A stretch of DNA of 64,000 bases from Patescibacteria group bacterium. GTDB taxonomy: Bacteria > Patescibacteriota > Patescibacteriia > PEXW01. Position 1 is the first letter of the stretch. The number at the start of each line of letters is the position of its first letter. Below the pieces are notes generated by a model that was not told the DNA's origin, ran no database searches, and saw nothing but the letters and a program-made list of their open reading frames with translations. A program made the translations under genes and the position numbers. The stretch spans positions 521,206 to 585,205 of the forward strand of contig JBAYJA010000001.1 of the NCBI GenBank assembly GCA_041665345.1, given 5' to 3'. Positions 9,887-19,269 of the stretch are shown here, in pieces.

Positions 9887-10567
9887 ATGAACCGAACTTT
9901 GATTCATACCGAAAACCTGCACAAGCAGTACCGCATGTCCAAAACGAACGTCGTGCACGCGCTGCGGGGGGTGAGCCTGGACGTCCAGGAAGGGGATTTC
10001 ACTGCAATCATTGGTCCTTCTGGCGGCGGCAAATCCACGCTCTTGCACATCCTGGGCTTGCTGGATAAACCAGACAACGGGACGTTCATACTCGACGGCA
10101 TTGATGTGATGAAAATGAAGGAGAAGGAAGCGCACCTGGTTCGCGCCAAAAAACTAGGTTTCATCTTCCAAGGCTTTAACCTCATTCCCACGCTCACCGC
10201 GTTAGAAAACGTGATGCAAGCTGGGCGCTATGGCGGTCTCAATGCCAAAGCACGAAAAACGCGAGCTTTAGAACTCTTGGAGCAGGTTGGTCTACACCAG
10301 CGCGGCAATCACAAACCCAATGAACTCTCAGGTGGCCAGCAGCAGCGAGTTGCCATTGCTCGGGCACTCATGAACAAACCCACCATTATTCTGGCGGATG
10401 AGCCAACTGGCGAGCTGGATTCCAAGACCTCAGCCGAAATTATTGCCATGCTCCAGCAGTTGAATAAGGAGCACAACCAGACCTTCCTCATGGTCACCCA
10501 CAACCTAGACGTGGCCGCGATGTGCAAGAAGGTGGTGAAGCTGGTGGACGGGAAGAATGAAACGTAG
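9887..10567 (+). CDS. ABC transporter ATP-binding protein (LolD/MacB-type)
   Basis: Walker A GPSGGGKST, signature LSGGQQQRVAIARAL, Walker B ILADEPTGELD. Confidence 0.9.
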   Translation: MNRTLIHTENLHKQYRMSKTNVVHALRGVSLDVQEGDFTAIIGPSGGGKSTLLHILGLLDKPDNGTFILDGIDVMKMKEKEAHLVRAKKLGFIFQGFNLIPTLTALENVMQAGRYGGLNAKARKTRALELLEQVGLHQRGNHKPNELSGGQQQRVAIARALMNKPTIILADEPTGELDSKTSAEIIAMLQQLNKEHNQTFLMVTHNLDVAAMCKKVVKLVDGKNET

Positions 10568-10598
10568 AAAATGAAGCGCACGCATTATTGAGTTCGTA

Positions 10599-10633
10599 AA
10601 GAAAAAACCCAAAAATCTTCTGGGTTTTTTTGA
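10599..10633. terminator. Bidirectional rho-independent terminator between convergent genes
   Basis: Hairpin cccaaaaatcttctggg flanked by an A-run and a T-run. Confidence 0.6.
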
Positions 10634-10643
10634 AGCCGCAAGC

Positions 10644-11333
10644 TCACATCCGTGCAGAAATCGCTATTTTTTTGGAAGTGATTTTGTCAAGTAAATTTGT
10701 CGCAACACGAACTTTTGCTTCTTTTGAAGTTTTTCCCGTTGCGGAGTCGTAACTCCGTTGAAAAATAAGTGCTTGGGCAACAAATTTTCCATTTCTAAAG
10801 AAAACGCGGTATTCCACGAATGTCCTGTACACCTGTCGAACGTACTTGGCTAGTTCGGTTATTGGACAGGTTATTGCTCTATCGTTGGCCTTCCACTGCA
10901 TCTCTGGATGAAGCGTTTCTTGTAAAAACCGTTTTGCTTCACGTATACCCCGCTCAATGTAGAGGGCTCCAACCAGTGCCTCATAGGTCGTTCCTAAAGA
11001 ATGTGCGTTCGGCAGGTCTTGGTTGTGCAAAAGATCTTGTAAATAAATATCTACCGCACTTTTTTGGAGTATCGAAGCAAGGCGTTTGTTACTCCAACCC
11101 ATTGACGCCATCTTACTGGCCAACGCAGGATCGAGACCCTCATGACGTATCAGTTGTTCACAGACAAAGAAATGGATAACACCGTCACCCAGGAAAGCAA
11201 GTTGATCCCGAGTGTAGAATGGGGTTCGGTATTTCTTTTTGTCTGGTAAACCAATAGCCACTGCAAGTGCTCTCCGTGTTCGCAGTTGTAAGCCCAGAGC
11301 TTTTGCGAAGTACTGGGCAATAGCATTTTTCAC
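10644..11333 (-). CDS. rnc: Ribonuclease III
   Basis: LAFLGDGV and YEALVGALYIE catalytic-domain motifs plus a C-terminal dsRBD-like GKTSKEAKVRVA. I place the start at GTG 11331-11333 because AAGGAGG lies 5 nt upstream. The longer ATG-started ORF to 11465 is probably spurious. Confidence 0.7.
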   Translation of the reverse strand: MKNAIAQYFAKALGLQLRTRRALAVAIGLPDKKKYRTPFYTRDQLAFLGDGVIHFFVCEQLIRHEGLDPALASKMASMGWSNKRLASILQKSAVDIYLQDLLHNQDLPNAHSLGTTYEALVGALYIERGIREAKRFLQETLHPEMQWKANDRAITCPITELAKYVRQVYRTFVEYRVFFRNGKFVAQALIFQRSYDSATGKTSKEAKVRVATNLLDKITSKKIAISARM

Positions 11334-11377
11334 TTTTCCTCCTTGATTTTGTGTTTCAGTGTTAGTAGTTTTATGGA

Positions 11378-13465
11378 ATGTATGATTTCTGTCAACCGCG
11401 CTATACTGTAACCATGAACTTTTCTGCACTCTTGCATCCAAGATCAATCGCCGTGGTTGGCGCATCGCATGATCGAAAGAAAATTGGGAATGTGCTATTC
11501 CGCAATTGCTTAGGTTTTGGCTACCGAGGAAAAGTGTACCCGGTTAATCCCACGGCCAAACGGATTGAAGGAAAGCGGGCGTATGCATCCATTGGCAGCC
11601 TCCCAGTACGTCCAGACCTGGTAATCATTGCTACACCAGCTGTTACCGTGCCTGCGGTGCTGCGGGATGCTGTGCGTGCCAGAGCCAAAGCAGTAATTGT
11701 CATTAGCGCCGGGTTCGCGGAAACCGGAATGGTTGGCACAAAGCTTGAACGTCAGATTATGGCGATTGCGAAAAAAGGAAAACTGGCTCTGCTGGGTCCA
11801 AATTGTTTGGGCATGGTTTTGCCACACCTAAAGCTCAATGCGTCATTTAGCCAAGGTATGCCAGACGTAGGAAACGTGACCATCCTGTCCCAATCCGGCG
11901 CAATTGCCGTGGCCAACATGGAGTGGGCAAAGAAGCATCACGTTGGCTTCCGGGCAGTGGTGAGTTTGGGAAACAAGGCAGTCTTGGGGGAGGAAGCGTT
12001 GCTTGAAGTGTTTGGGAAAGATAAAGGAACCGGGGTTATCCTCATGTACTTGGAAGACATCCGCAGTGGCCGAGCTTTTTTGGAAACGGCACAGCAGGTG
12101 TCCAAGCAGAAGCCAGTCATCATCTTGCGCGCGGGCAAGACCGCCGCCGGCGCAAAAGCTGCATTCTCGCACACCGGTGCATTGGCGGGGAGTGGGGAAG
12201 TGACCGATGCCTTGCTGCGTCAGGCGGGTTGTACCGTGGTGCGTACTACCGATGAATGGTTTGCCCTTGCGGCGGCGTTTGAGCAACTCAAGCGGGCAAA
12301 AGGAAATCGGTTGGCGATTTTGACTAATGCTGGCGGTGCGGGTATTTTGGCGACTGATGCTATGGCTGGAACCGCGCTGCAATTCGCGTCGTTCAAGCCA
12401 AAGACGATCCAAGCGCTGCGCAAAGTGCTTCCTCCTGCTGCCAGTGTGCACAACCCGGTTGATGTTATTGGTGACGCGCCGCCCAAGCGTTACGCAGACG
12501 CCTTACGAGTTGTAGTCGCAGATCCCGGGGTAGACATCGTGGTCGCTTGCATCACGCACCAAATGGTGACGCAGAGCCGCCTCGTGGCCAAAGCGATTGT
12601 CGAAATACAAAAGCGAACACCCAAGCCAATTATCCCAGTGTTCATTGGTGGTGCACAGGTGCAGCGAGCATTGGATACTGTTCGGAAGGCAAACCTCTCC
12701 GGTTTCGCTTACCCAGAGACAGGCATTTTTGCCGCAGGGGCATTGGCCAGAATGAGCAAAGTAAAACTTCCCATTCGGCCAGTGACAAAGCTACAACCGC
12801 AATCTGCGGGAAAGCTCACGAGTCTGGTTGGCGCCCAAGCCGCAAAACTTCTTCGATCAGCAAAGATTTCCGTGCTCCCAACCTACGCAATTCAGTCAGC
12901 GCAACAGGCGGTGAAAGTTGCCAAGCGACTTGCATATCCGGTTGTCATGAAGCTAGAAGCCTCCAGTGTTTTGCATAAAACCGAAGCAGGGGCAGTAACG
13001 GTTGATCTCCACACCCCAGCCATGGTGCAAGCGGCATATACGACGTTTGCCCGTCGTTTCAGAAAAGAATTAAAGAACCCTAACGCACATATTGTTTTGC
13101 AAGACCAGCGTCAGGGCGGAGTTGAGCTTATTCTCGGTGCGGTTCGTGATCCGCAGTTTGGGCCGATTATTGTCCTGGGGTTTGGGGGCATCTTTGTGGA
13201 AGCCATGCACAGCGTGGCTTACGCGTGCGCGCCCATGACTTTGGCTGATGTAAAAATTTTTGTGGAATCTTCACCAGTCTGGAAAGTGCTCCGGGGTGCG
13301 CGCGGCCAGGAATTTGCCACCCGGGAAGTTATGCACTTGGTTGCGAAGCTCAGTTCGTTCATTGCCAAACACCCTAAGGTGCAGAGTGTGGATCTTAACC
13401 CAGTACTGGTCAATCACCGAGCTGCAACACCTGTGGATGCCCGGATTATGCAATTTCCTGTATGA
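11378..13465 (+). CDS. acd: Acetyl-CoA synthetase (ADP-forming), fused alpha/beta
   Basis: CoA-binding Rossmann domain (SIAVVGAS), succinyl-CoA-synthetase-like flavodoxin domain and C-terminal ATP-grasp. The true start may be the ATG at 11414 (MNFSALL). Confidence 0.8.
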   Translation: MYDFCQPRYTVTMNFSALLHPRSIAVVGASHDRKKIGNVLFRNCLGFGYRGKVYPVNPTAKRIEGKRAYASIGSLPVRPDLVIIATPAVTVPAVLRDAVRARAKAVIVISAGFAETGMVGTKLERQIMAIAKKGKLALLGPNCLGMVLPHLKLNASFSQGMPDVGNVTILSQSGAIAVANMEWAKKHHVGFRAVVSLGNKAVLGEEALLEVFGKDKGTGVILMYLEDIRSGRAFLETAQQVSKQKPVIILRAGKTAAGAKAAFSHTGALAGSGEVTDALLRQAGCTVVRTTDEWFALAAAFEQLKRAKGNRLAILTNAGGAGILATDAMAGTALQFASFKPKTIQALRKVLPPAASVHNPVDVIGDAPPKRYADALRVVVADPGVDIVVACITHQMVTQSRLVAKAIVEIQKRTPKPIIPVFIGGAQVQRALDTVRKANLSGFAYPETGIFAAGALARMSKVKLPIRPVTKLQPQSAGKLTSLVGAQAAKLLRSAKISVLPTYAIQSAQQAVKVAKRLAYPVVMKLEASSVLHKTEAGAVTVDLHTPAMVQAAYTTFARRFRKELKNPNAHIVLQDQRQGGVELILGAVRDPQFGPIIVLGFGGIFVEAMHSVAYACAPMTLADVKIFVESSPVWKVLRGARGQEFATREVMHLVAKLSSFIAKHPKVQSVDLNPVLVNHRAATPVDARIMQFPV

Positions 13466-13740
13466 AAATTTCCATTCCGCTGAGCACAGTTGGCAACCCC
13501 CGCGTCTTCTTCTCACGTTTGGGCTACCATGCTGAACCCAACGGAAGTTACGCGCGGCGGGTGAGCGGCCAACCCTTTCCGCGGTACCATGTGTATGCGG
13601 ATTTGCGCGGCGAAGAAGTGATCGTCAACCTACACTTGGATGCCAAGCGACCCAGTTACGCTGGCACATCAGCCCATGCCGGAGAGTATGACGGACCATT
13701 GGTCGAAGCTGAGTTGCGTCGAATTGCGAGTGGAGGGTAG
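13462..13740 (+). CDS. Hypothetical protein
   Basis: 92 aa ORF. Its start overlaps the acd stop (ATGA) in the recurrent aatttcctgtATGaaa context. Confidence 0.35.
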   Translation: MKISIPLSTVGNPRVFFSRLGYHAEPNGSYARRVSGQPFPRYHVYADLRGEEVIVNLHLDAKRPSYAGTSAHAGEYDGPLVEAELRRIASGG

Positions 13741-13755
13741 GCGATGCATGTAAAA

Positions 13756-13779
13756 GACCTCCCGCAATTGCAGGAGGTC
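13756..13779. terminator. Near-perfect 24-bp palindrome hairpin between convergent genes
   Basis: gacctcccgcaattgcaggaggtc. Confidence 0.45.
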
Positions 13780-13785
13780 AGGTTG

Positions 13786-14082
13786 CTAGTCAAGCACTTG
13801 GCAAACAGAGCTGTCGAATACGAATGCGCCCATGTGTACGAGCGGCGCATTGTTTTCCCACCAGGCGCATGCTTTTTGGTTGCTTTGGCGTAAGATGTTC
13901 AGGGCTTCTTTGGTATTTACCTGAAAGCCACTTCTGTTCACTCGTTTCCCCGTCAGTACACCCCCGACGTATCCGCCAGGGCTCGCGTACTCAAAAGGTA
14001 GTTCTAGTCCTACCCAAGCTTCACGCACCCAGTCAGGTGCTTCTCCAGGAGGAGGAGTGACAATGAGAATTTTCCCGGGCAT
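13786..14082 (-). CDS. Hypothetical protein
   Basis: 98 aa ORF convergent with the 13462 gene. Confidence 0.35.
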   Translation of the reverse strand: MPGKILIVTPPPGEAPDWVREAWVGLELPFEYASPGGYVGGVLTGKRVNRSGFQVNTKEALNILRQSNQKACAWWENNAPLVHMGAFVFDSSVCQVLD

Positions 14083-14130
14083 TTTCCCTCACTTTCATTT
14101 GGATTTTGTCCTTATGTTATACTAGAAACA

Positions 14131-15882
14131 ATGAAACCAACGGTCAATAGTTTTACCTGGAAAATTGGGGGGCAGGCTGGCGATGGCATAATGGTCACCG
14201 GCGCCATGCTGAGCAAAATTTGCACACGCGCAGGGTTGTGGGTCACGGACTACAGCGAGTACCCCAGCCTCATTCGGGGTGGGCACAACACCCAGGTGGT
14301 GCAGGTGGATGCTGAGCAAATTTTTTCGCACGACCAGGGGATTGAAATCCTGGTTGCTTTGAACGAGGAAACCGTTCGGCTCCATGCCAAAGAGCTGAGT
14401 CCAGGTGGGGTCATTCTGCACGACCCAGACAAGCTGGTGATCAACGATGCAATGCTGGGGAATCGAAAAGATGTCCAGGTCATTGGTGTGCCTTTTTTGA
14501 AAATCGCGAATAACTTGGGTGGCAAAGATATCATGCGGAACACGGTGGCCTTGGGTGCAACGCTGGGGTTGCTTCGCGCACCCAAGGAGTTGATTGCCGG
14601 CGTCATGCACGACACGTTTAGCGCTAAGGGTGAGGCGGTGGTGAAAATGAATGAAGACATTTGCATGGCCGGGTACCAGCACGTGATGGAGCACGTGCCA
14701 GAGCAATTTGGCTGGAGCATGCAAGCGCAGCAACTTCCTCCGCGCATGGTGATGACGGGGAATGATGCAATTGTCCTTGGTCTGCTCCATGGTGGTTTGA
14801 AATTCTACGCGGCGTATCCCATGACACCTTCATCCTCCATTCTCACGGGTTTGGCGGAAGTAGCCTCAACCTACGGCATTGTGGTTCGCCATGCAGAAGA
14901 TGAAATTTCTGCCGTGAACCTGGCTATTGGCGCAGCCTACGCCGGTGCCCGCGCTGCCACAGGCACCTCTGGCGGGGGATTCTGCTTAATGACCGAAGGT
15001 GTGGGTTTGGCCGCAGAAGCTGAAGTGCCGCTGGTTATTGTGAATGCCATGCGCCCCGGTCCATCCACGGGTTTGCCAACCTGGACAGAGCAAGGGGATC
15101 TGCGTTTGGTGATGCATGCCTCGCAAGGGGATTTCCCCCGCATCATTGTGGCGCCAGGTGATGTGACGCAGGCATTTCAAGAATCAGCCCGCGCCATGCA
15201 AATTGCCGAAGCCTACCACTTGCAGGTCACTATCCTTACGGATAAGTACTTAGCGGAGAGCCATTGGAGTACTCCACATTTTGCGCTGGAGCAGTTGCAG
15301 CCAACCAAAGCCGGGTTTGCTGATGCAGCGATGTTGCAGGGTGTGGATACCTACCAACGGTACGCAGACACGGCAAATGGGGTTACCCCACGCAGTGTCC
15401 CAGGGCAGCCGGGTGGGGTGCACACGGCAAATTCTGACGAGCATGATGCAATTGGCCATGCGGACGAAACCTCAGAAATGCGCGTGCTCCAAGTGCAGAA
15501 GCGGGAACGGAAACTCGCTGCGGCCATGGCAGACCTGCCGCCGCGTGTCCTTTTGTACGGAGACGCGGATGCGGATATTACTATGGTCACCTGGGGTTCT
15601 GCCACGCTCTCATGTCGCGAAGCCATGCGGAAGCTGACCCGGATGGGCATTCGGGTGAACATTCTGCAAACTCTGTACATCCTGCCATTCCCGGTGGAGG
15701 AAATGCATACTTTTTTCAAAGCCGCAAAGCAGACTGTGCTGGTGGAGAATAACTTTTCTGGCCAGTTTGGCGGCGTGCTGCGCGAGTACACTGGCTTGCA
15801 GTGCAACCATCAACTTTTGAAGTATGATGGTCGGCCTTTCTGGCCAGAGGAAATTGTGGACTACGTGAAAGGGATTGTCTAA
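14131..15882 (+). CDS. korA: 2-oxoacid:ferredoxin oxidoreductase subunit alpha (fused gamma-alpha)
   Basis: N-terminal POR gamma-like domain (KIGGQAGDG) then an alpha subunit domain. Overlaps the downstream beta subunit gene by 8 nt. Confidence 0.85.
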   Translation: MKPTVNSFTWKIGGQAGDGIMVTGAMLSKICTRAGLWVTDYSEYPSLIRGGHNTQVVQVDAEQIFSHDQGIEILVALNEETVRLHAKELSPGGVILHDPDKLVINDAMLGNRKDVQVIGVPFLKIANNLGGKDIMRNTVALGATLGLLRAPKELIAGVMHDTFSAKGEAVVKMNEDICMAGYQHVMEHVPEQFGWSMQAQQLPPRMVMTGNDAIVLGLLHGGLKFYAAYPMTPSSSILTGLAEVASTYGIVVRHAEDEISAVNLAIGAAYAGARAATGTSGGGFCLMTEGVGLAAEAEVPLVIVNAMRPGPSTGLPTWTEQGDLRLVMHASQGDFPRIIVAPGDVTQAFQESARAMQIAEAYHLQVTILTDKYLAESHWSTPHFALEQLQPTKAGFADAAMLQGVDTYQRYADTANGVTPRSVPGQPGGVHTANSDEHDAIGHADETSEMRVLQVQKRERKLAAAMADLPPRVLLYGDADADITMVTWGSATLSCREAMRKLTRMGIRVNILQTLYILPFPVEEMHTFFKAAKQTVLVENNFSGQFGGVLREYTGLQCNHQLLKYDGRPFWPEEIVDYVKGIV

Positions 15883-16753
15883 GCCTATGGAAACCACACC
15901 CCAGCAGAGTGCAAAATTCAATACGGAGAAAGTGCCAACCTGGTGCCCAGGGTGCGGTGACTTTGGCATTTGGACAGCCTTGAAAAATGCCTTCACGGAA
16001 ATGGACTGGAACCCAGCTGACGTTTTGGTGGTCTACGGCATTGGCTGCTCTGGTAACATGTCCAGCTTTGTGAAGTCCTACGGCTTCCATGGTTTGCACG
16101 GCCGCGCCCTGCCAGTGGCCGTGGGCGCCAAGCTGGCCAACCGAAAACTGAAGGTGATCGTGGTGGGCGGTGACGGCGACGGGTATGGTGAAGGCGGGAA
16201 TCACTTCATCCACACGCTCCGGTCCAACCCGGACATCACCTACATTGTGCATGATAACCAGGTGTACGGTCTGACCAAAGGCCAAACCTCTCCCACCACG
16301 GAGCAAGGTGAGAAAACCAGCTCTGCACCTGAAGGTGCACCTGATCAGCCCATCAATCCTCCAGCTCTGGCTATTGCCGCCGGCGGGACATTCGTGGCGC
16401 AGGGCTTTTCCGGTGACACGCGCCAACTCACCCAGCTCATTAAAGACGGGGTAGCGCACCCAGGCATGGCGCATATCAACGTGCTGCAACCCTGCGTGAC
16501 CTTCAACCATCACAATACCTTCTCCTGGTTTTTCAAGCGGGTGTACAAAGTGGAGACCACACCGTACGACTTTACGAACAAAACCGAAGCCTTTGCCAAA
16601 GCACTGGAGTGGGGTGACAAAATCCCCACTGGTCTGCTCTACCGGGAAATCCGTCCAACCCTGGAAGAGCGGATCTCTGAATTGCGGCACGAACCCTTGG
16701 TGCATAAGCCACTTGCCGTGGATCTTGCAGCGACGCTGCAGACCTTCATTTAG
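15875..16753 (+). CDS. korB: 2-oxoacid:ferredoxin oxidoreductase subunit beta (TPP-binding)
   Basis: CPGCGDFGI and GDGDGYGEGGNH TPP-binding motifs. Confidence 0.85.
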   Translation: MSKPMETTPQQSAKFNTEKVPTWCPGCGDFGIWTALKNAFTEMDWNPADVLVVYGIGCSGNMSSFVKSYGFHGLHGRALPVAVGAKLANRKLKVIVVGGDGDGYGEGGNHFIHTLRSNPDITYIVHDNQVYGLTKGQTSPTTEQGEKTSSAPEGAPDQPINPPALAIAAGGTFVAQGFSGDTRQLTQLIKDGVAHPGMAHINVLQPCVTFNHHNTFSWFFKRVYKVETTPYDFTNKTEAFAKALEWGDKIPTGLLYREIRPTLEERISELRHEPLVHKPLAVDLAATLQTFI

Positions 16754-16860
16754 TCTGGCTAACCCATTGTCAAGCAGCCCTGCGCTTGGGGGTTTTTGGC
16801 AACCCTTGCATTTTTCAGCCGCCGGAGTAACCTAGTCTCTATCCCTCAAGGAGGAGGAAA

Positions 16861-17046
16861 ATGCTCATTTCTTGGTTGCGTCAGAAGTTCAGTACGCCCC
16901 CAATTGCCGTTTCACACGAACCACTGTGCCCGTGTGGAGGCACACTCCAACATGCCGAAGCAACAACGTCCTTTGCGTGGCTTGTCTGCAGTAAGTGTGG
17001 ACTTTTTCGCCACCCATCTTGCGTTGCCGGGTTTGGAAAAAAGTAG
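16861..17046 (+). CDS. Small zinc-ribbon-like protein
   Basis: 61 aa with CPCGG...CSKCG cysteine pairs. Unusually strong SD (AAGGAGGAGG) 5 nt upstream. Confidence 0.45.
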   Translation: MLISWLRQKFSTPPIAVSHEPLCPCGGTLQHAEATTSFAWLVCSKCGLFRHPSCVAGFGKK

Positions 17047-17047
17047 C

Positions 17048-17093
17048 CGTTGGTCACCTGACTGACGGCTTTTTCTTCCCTTTTTTTATGCGT
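17048..17093 (+). terminator. Rho-independent terminator
   Basis: agccgttggtcacctgactgacggct hairpin followed by a T-rich run. Confidence 0.55.
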
Positions 17094-17127
17094 AGAAAAC
17101 CCAAAAAGTCTGGTATACTACCAGAAT

Positions 17128-18861
17128 ATGCAGACGACATGGCGGGTGGCAGAGCCGGTGCCTGAGGAGGTGCGGCGGCAATTCCCAGAACTCAACCCAA
17201 TTGTGCTCCAATTACTCTGGAACCGGAACCTTCGTACCCAAGCGACGATGGACGAATTTGTGCAGCCCGACTGGGGGAAGGACATTCATGATCCTTTCCT
17301 GTTTCGGGATATGCAGAAGGCCGTGGATCGAATCCTCCAGGCGATTGCAAAGAAAGAACGGATTATTGTCCACGGTGACTACGACGCAGATGGTGTGTGC
17401 AGCGCCGCAGTGCTGACGACTACCCTGTCCGCCCTGGGTGCAGACGTGGACGTGTACTTGCCGCACCGGGAACGGGAAGGGTATGGCCTGAACCTGCAGA
17501 CCATTGAGCACCTGAAGAAGAATCACGCCGCGCAGCTCATTATCACCTGTGACTGCGGCACCAGCAACGCGGCTGAAGTCGCCCGTGCGCACGAGCTTGG
17601 TATGGACGTGATCATTACCGATCACCACCACGCCCCGGCAGTCATGCCCAAGCCGTACGCCATTATCAATCCGCAATTACCTGACTGTGGTTACCCCTTC
17701 CCACACCTGGCTGGTTCAGGCGTGGCATTCAAAGTTGCGCAGGCGTTGCTCCGCAAGTGTGGACAAAAAATACTCAATGGTTTAAGCATCGAAGGTTTTG
17801 AAAAATGGCTGCTGGATTTCGTAGCCATTAGCACCATCACGGACTTCATGCCGCTCATTGGCGAAAACCGAACCCTGGTGAAGTTTGGCTTGGTGGTGCT
17901 GCGAAAGTCGCCGCGTCCGGGTTTGCGTGCCATGGCAGAGGTCAGCAGTATGAAGCAGGAGAATATTGATACCACCACCATTGGTTTTCAAATTGGCCCA
18001 CGCTTGAATGCCGCTGGGCGGATGGATCATGCCAGTACGGCGTACCGTTTGCTGGTCGCCCCAGATGCATCTGAAGCAACTGCCTTGGCCATTGCGTTGA
18101 ATACCAGCAATGCTGAACGACAGAAACTTACCGAAACAATTTTGCGGGAAGCAAAGCAATCCATTGGCGAGGTCACCTCATCAAAGCGGATGCTCATTGC
18201 CAAAGGCGATCAGTGGCCAGTGGGGATTCTGGGCTTGGTGGCCGGAAAGTTAGCTGACGCGTACCACCGGCCGGTATTGGTCATGTCTGCCCATGGGGAG
18301 GAGTTTGTGGGTTCAGGTCGCAGTATTCCGCAGTTTCACATTACCGAAGCCTTGCTCCGTCACAAAGAGTTGCTTGTGAGGTACGGTGGCCATGCTGGTG
18401 CGTGCGGCTTCACTCTCCGGGTTGATGCGGTGGACACATTTATCCAGGCAATGGAGCAGGACACCAGCGAGCGCGTGACTGAAGCTGATTTGGAAAAAGA
18501 CATTCGGATTGATGCAGACATTCCGCTGCAGCACGTGGACTGGGAGCTCTTTGATGTGATGGATCAGTTTGAACCTTTTGGCGAAGGTAACCCCAAGCCC
18601 GTCTTCGCCACCCGGCACATGACTATCACCGACCTGCAACCAGTGGGTAAAGAGGGGAAGCACCTGCGCATTCACGTGAACCACGTCGTGCCCGAAGTGC
18701 GCAAGTTCATTGCCTTTGGCGCGGGGCTCACTTGGGGGAAGGATCTGACAGTAGGTGATAAAGTGGATATTGCCTACACCGTGGACAAGAATGAGTGGAA
18801 CGGAACCCGGGAATTACAATTGAAGGTTGTTGATCTTCACCGTCACAATCTAGACGTATGA
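17128..18861 (+). CDS. recJ: Single-stranded-DNA-specific exonuclease RecJ
   Basis: DHH motifs (VHGDYDADGV, ITDHHH), a DHHA1 domain and a C-terminal OB-fold region. Confidence 0.85.
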   Translation: MQTTWRVAEPVPEEVRRQFPELNPIVLQLLWNRNLRTQATMDEFVQPDWGKDIHDPFLFRDMQKAVDRILQAIAKKERIIVHGDYDADGVCSAAVLTTTLSALGADVDVYLPHREREGYGLNLQTIEHLKKNHAAQLIITCDCGTSNAAEVARAHELGMDVIITDHHHAPAVMPKPYAIINPQLPDCGYPFPHLAGSGVAFKVAQALLRKCGQKILNGLSIEGFEKWLLDFVAISTITDFMPLIGENRTLVKFGLVVLRKSPRPGLRAMAEVSSMKQENIDTTTIGFQIGPRLNAAGRMDHASTAYRLLVAPDASEATALAIALNTSNAERQKLTETILREAKQSIGEVTSSKRMLIAKGDQWPVGILGLVAGKLADAYHRPVLVMSAHGEEFVGSGRSIPQFHITEALLRHKELLVRYGGHAGACGFTLRVDAVDTFIQAMEQDTSERVTEADLEKDIRIDADIPLQHVDWELFDVMDQFEPFGEGNPKPVFATRHMTITDLQPVGKEGKHLRIHVNHVVPEVRKFIAFGAGLTWGKDLTVGDKVDIAYTVDKNEWNGTRELQLKVVDLHRHNLDV

Positions 18862-19265
18862 TTCCCATCATGGCTACAGTGTGGACAGACGGCGGCGCCC
18901 GGGGTAACCCAGGGCCAGCCGCCATTGGCTACGTCATGGAAATTGAAGGGCAGACCGTGGCTTCGGTTGGCGAATGCATCGGCGAAGCCACGAACAATGT
19001 TGCTGAGTACACGGCATTACTCCGAGCGCTGAATGCGGCAAAAGCAAAGGACGCGACCATGGTGCATTGTTTCCTGGATAGTCTGTTGGTTGTGGAACAG
19101 CTCAACCGGCGGTACAAGGTGAAAGATGCAAACTTGGCCAAACTCTTTACCCAAGTATGGAACCAGTGCCAGCAGTTTCAAAAAGTAACCTTCCAGCATA
19201 TCCCGCGCGAGCAGAACAAGCGGGCAGACGCCTTGGTCAACGCTGCTCTCGACGGAAAACTGTAG
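18858..19265 (+). CDS. rnhA: Ribonuclease H (type 1-like)
   Basis: TDGGARGNPGPAAIGYV, ATNNVAEYTAL and C-terminal NKRADAL motifs. Overlaps the recJ stop (ATGA). Confidence 0.75.
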   Translation: MIPIMATVWTDGGARGNPGPAAIGYVMEIEGQTVASVGECIGEATNNVAEYTALLRALNAAKAKDATMVHCFLDSLLVVEQLNRRYKVKDANLAKLFTQVWNQCQQFQKVTFQHIPREQNKRADALVNAALDGKL

Positions 19266-19269
19266 CTGT

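Noticed and set aside
9473-10135. Long minus-strand ORFs overlapping plus-strand genes (9473-10135, 14122-14790, 15716-16705, 44789-45475, 24080-24595 and others)
   Set aside because: They lie entirely antisense to well-supported conserved genes (ABC transporter, korA/korB, RND, infA). Their amino-acid composition is biased (R/H/G/C-rich). They are shadow ORFs from GC-rich coding DNA.
11334-11465. N-terminal 44-aa extension of RNase III from the upstream ATG
   Set aside because: The extension has no counterpart in RNase III, and an AAGGAGG motif sits 5 nt upstream of an in-frame GTG at 11333. The shorter gene is more plausible.
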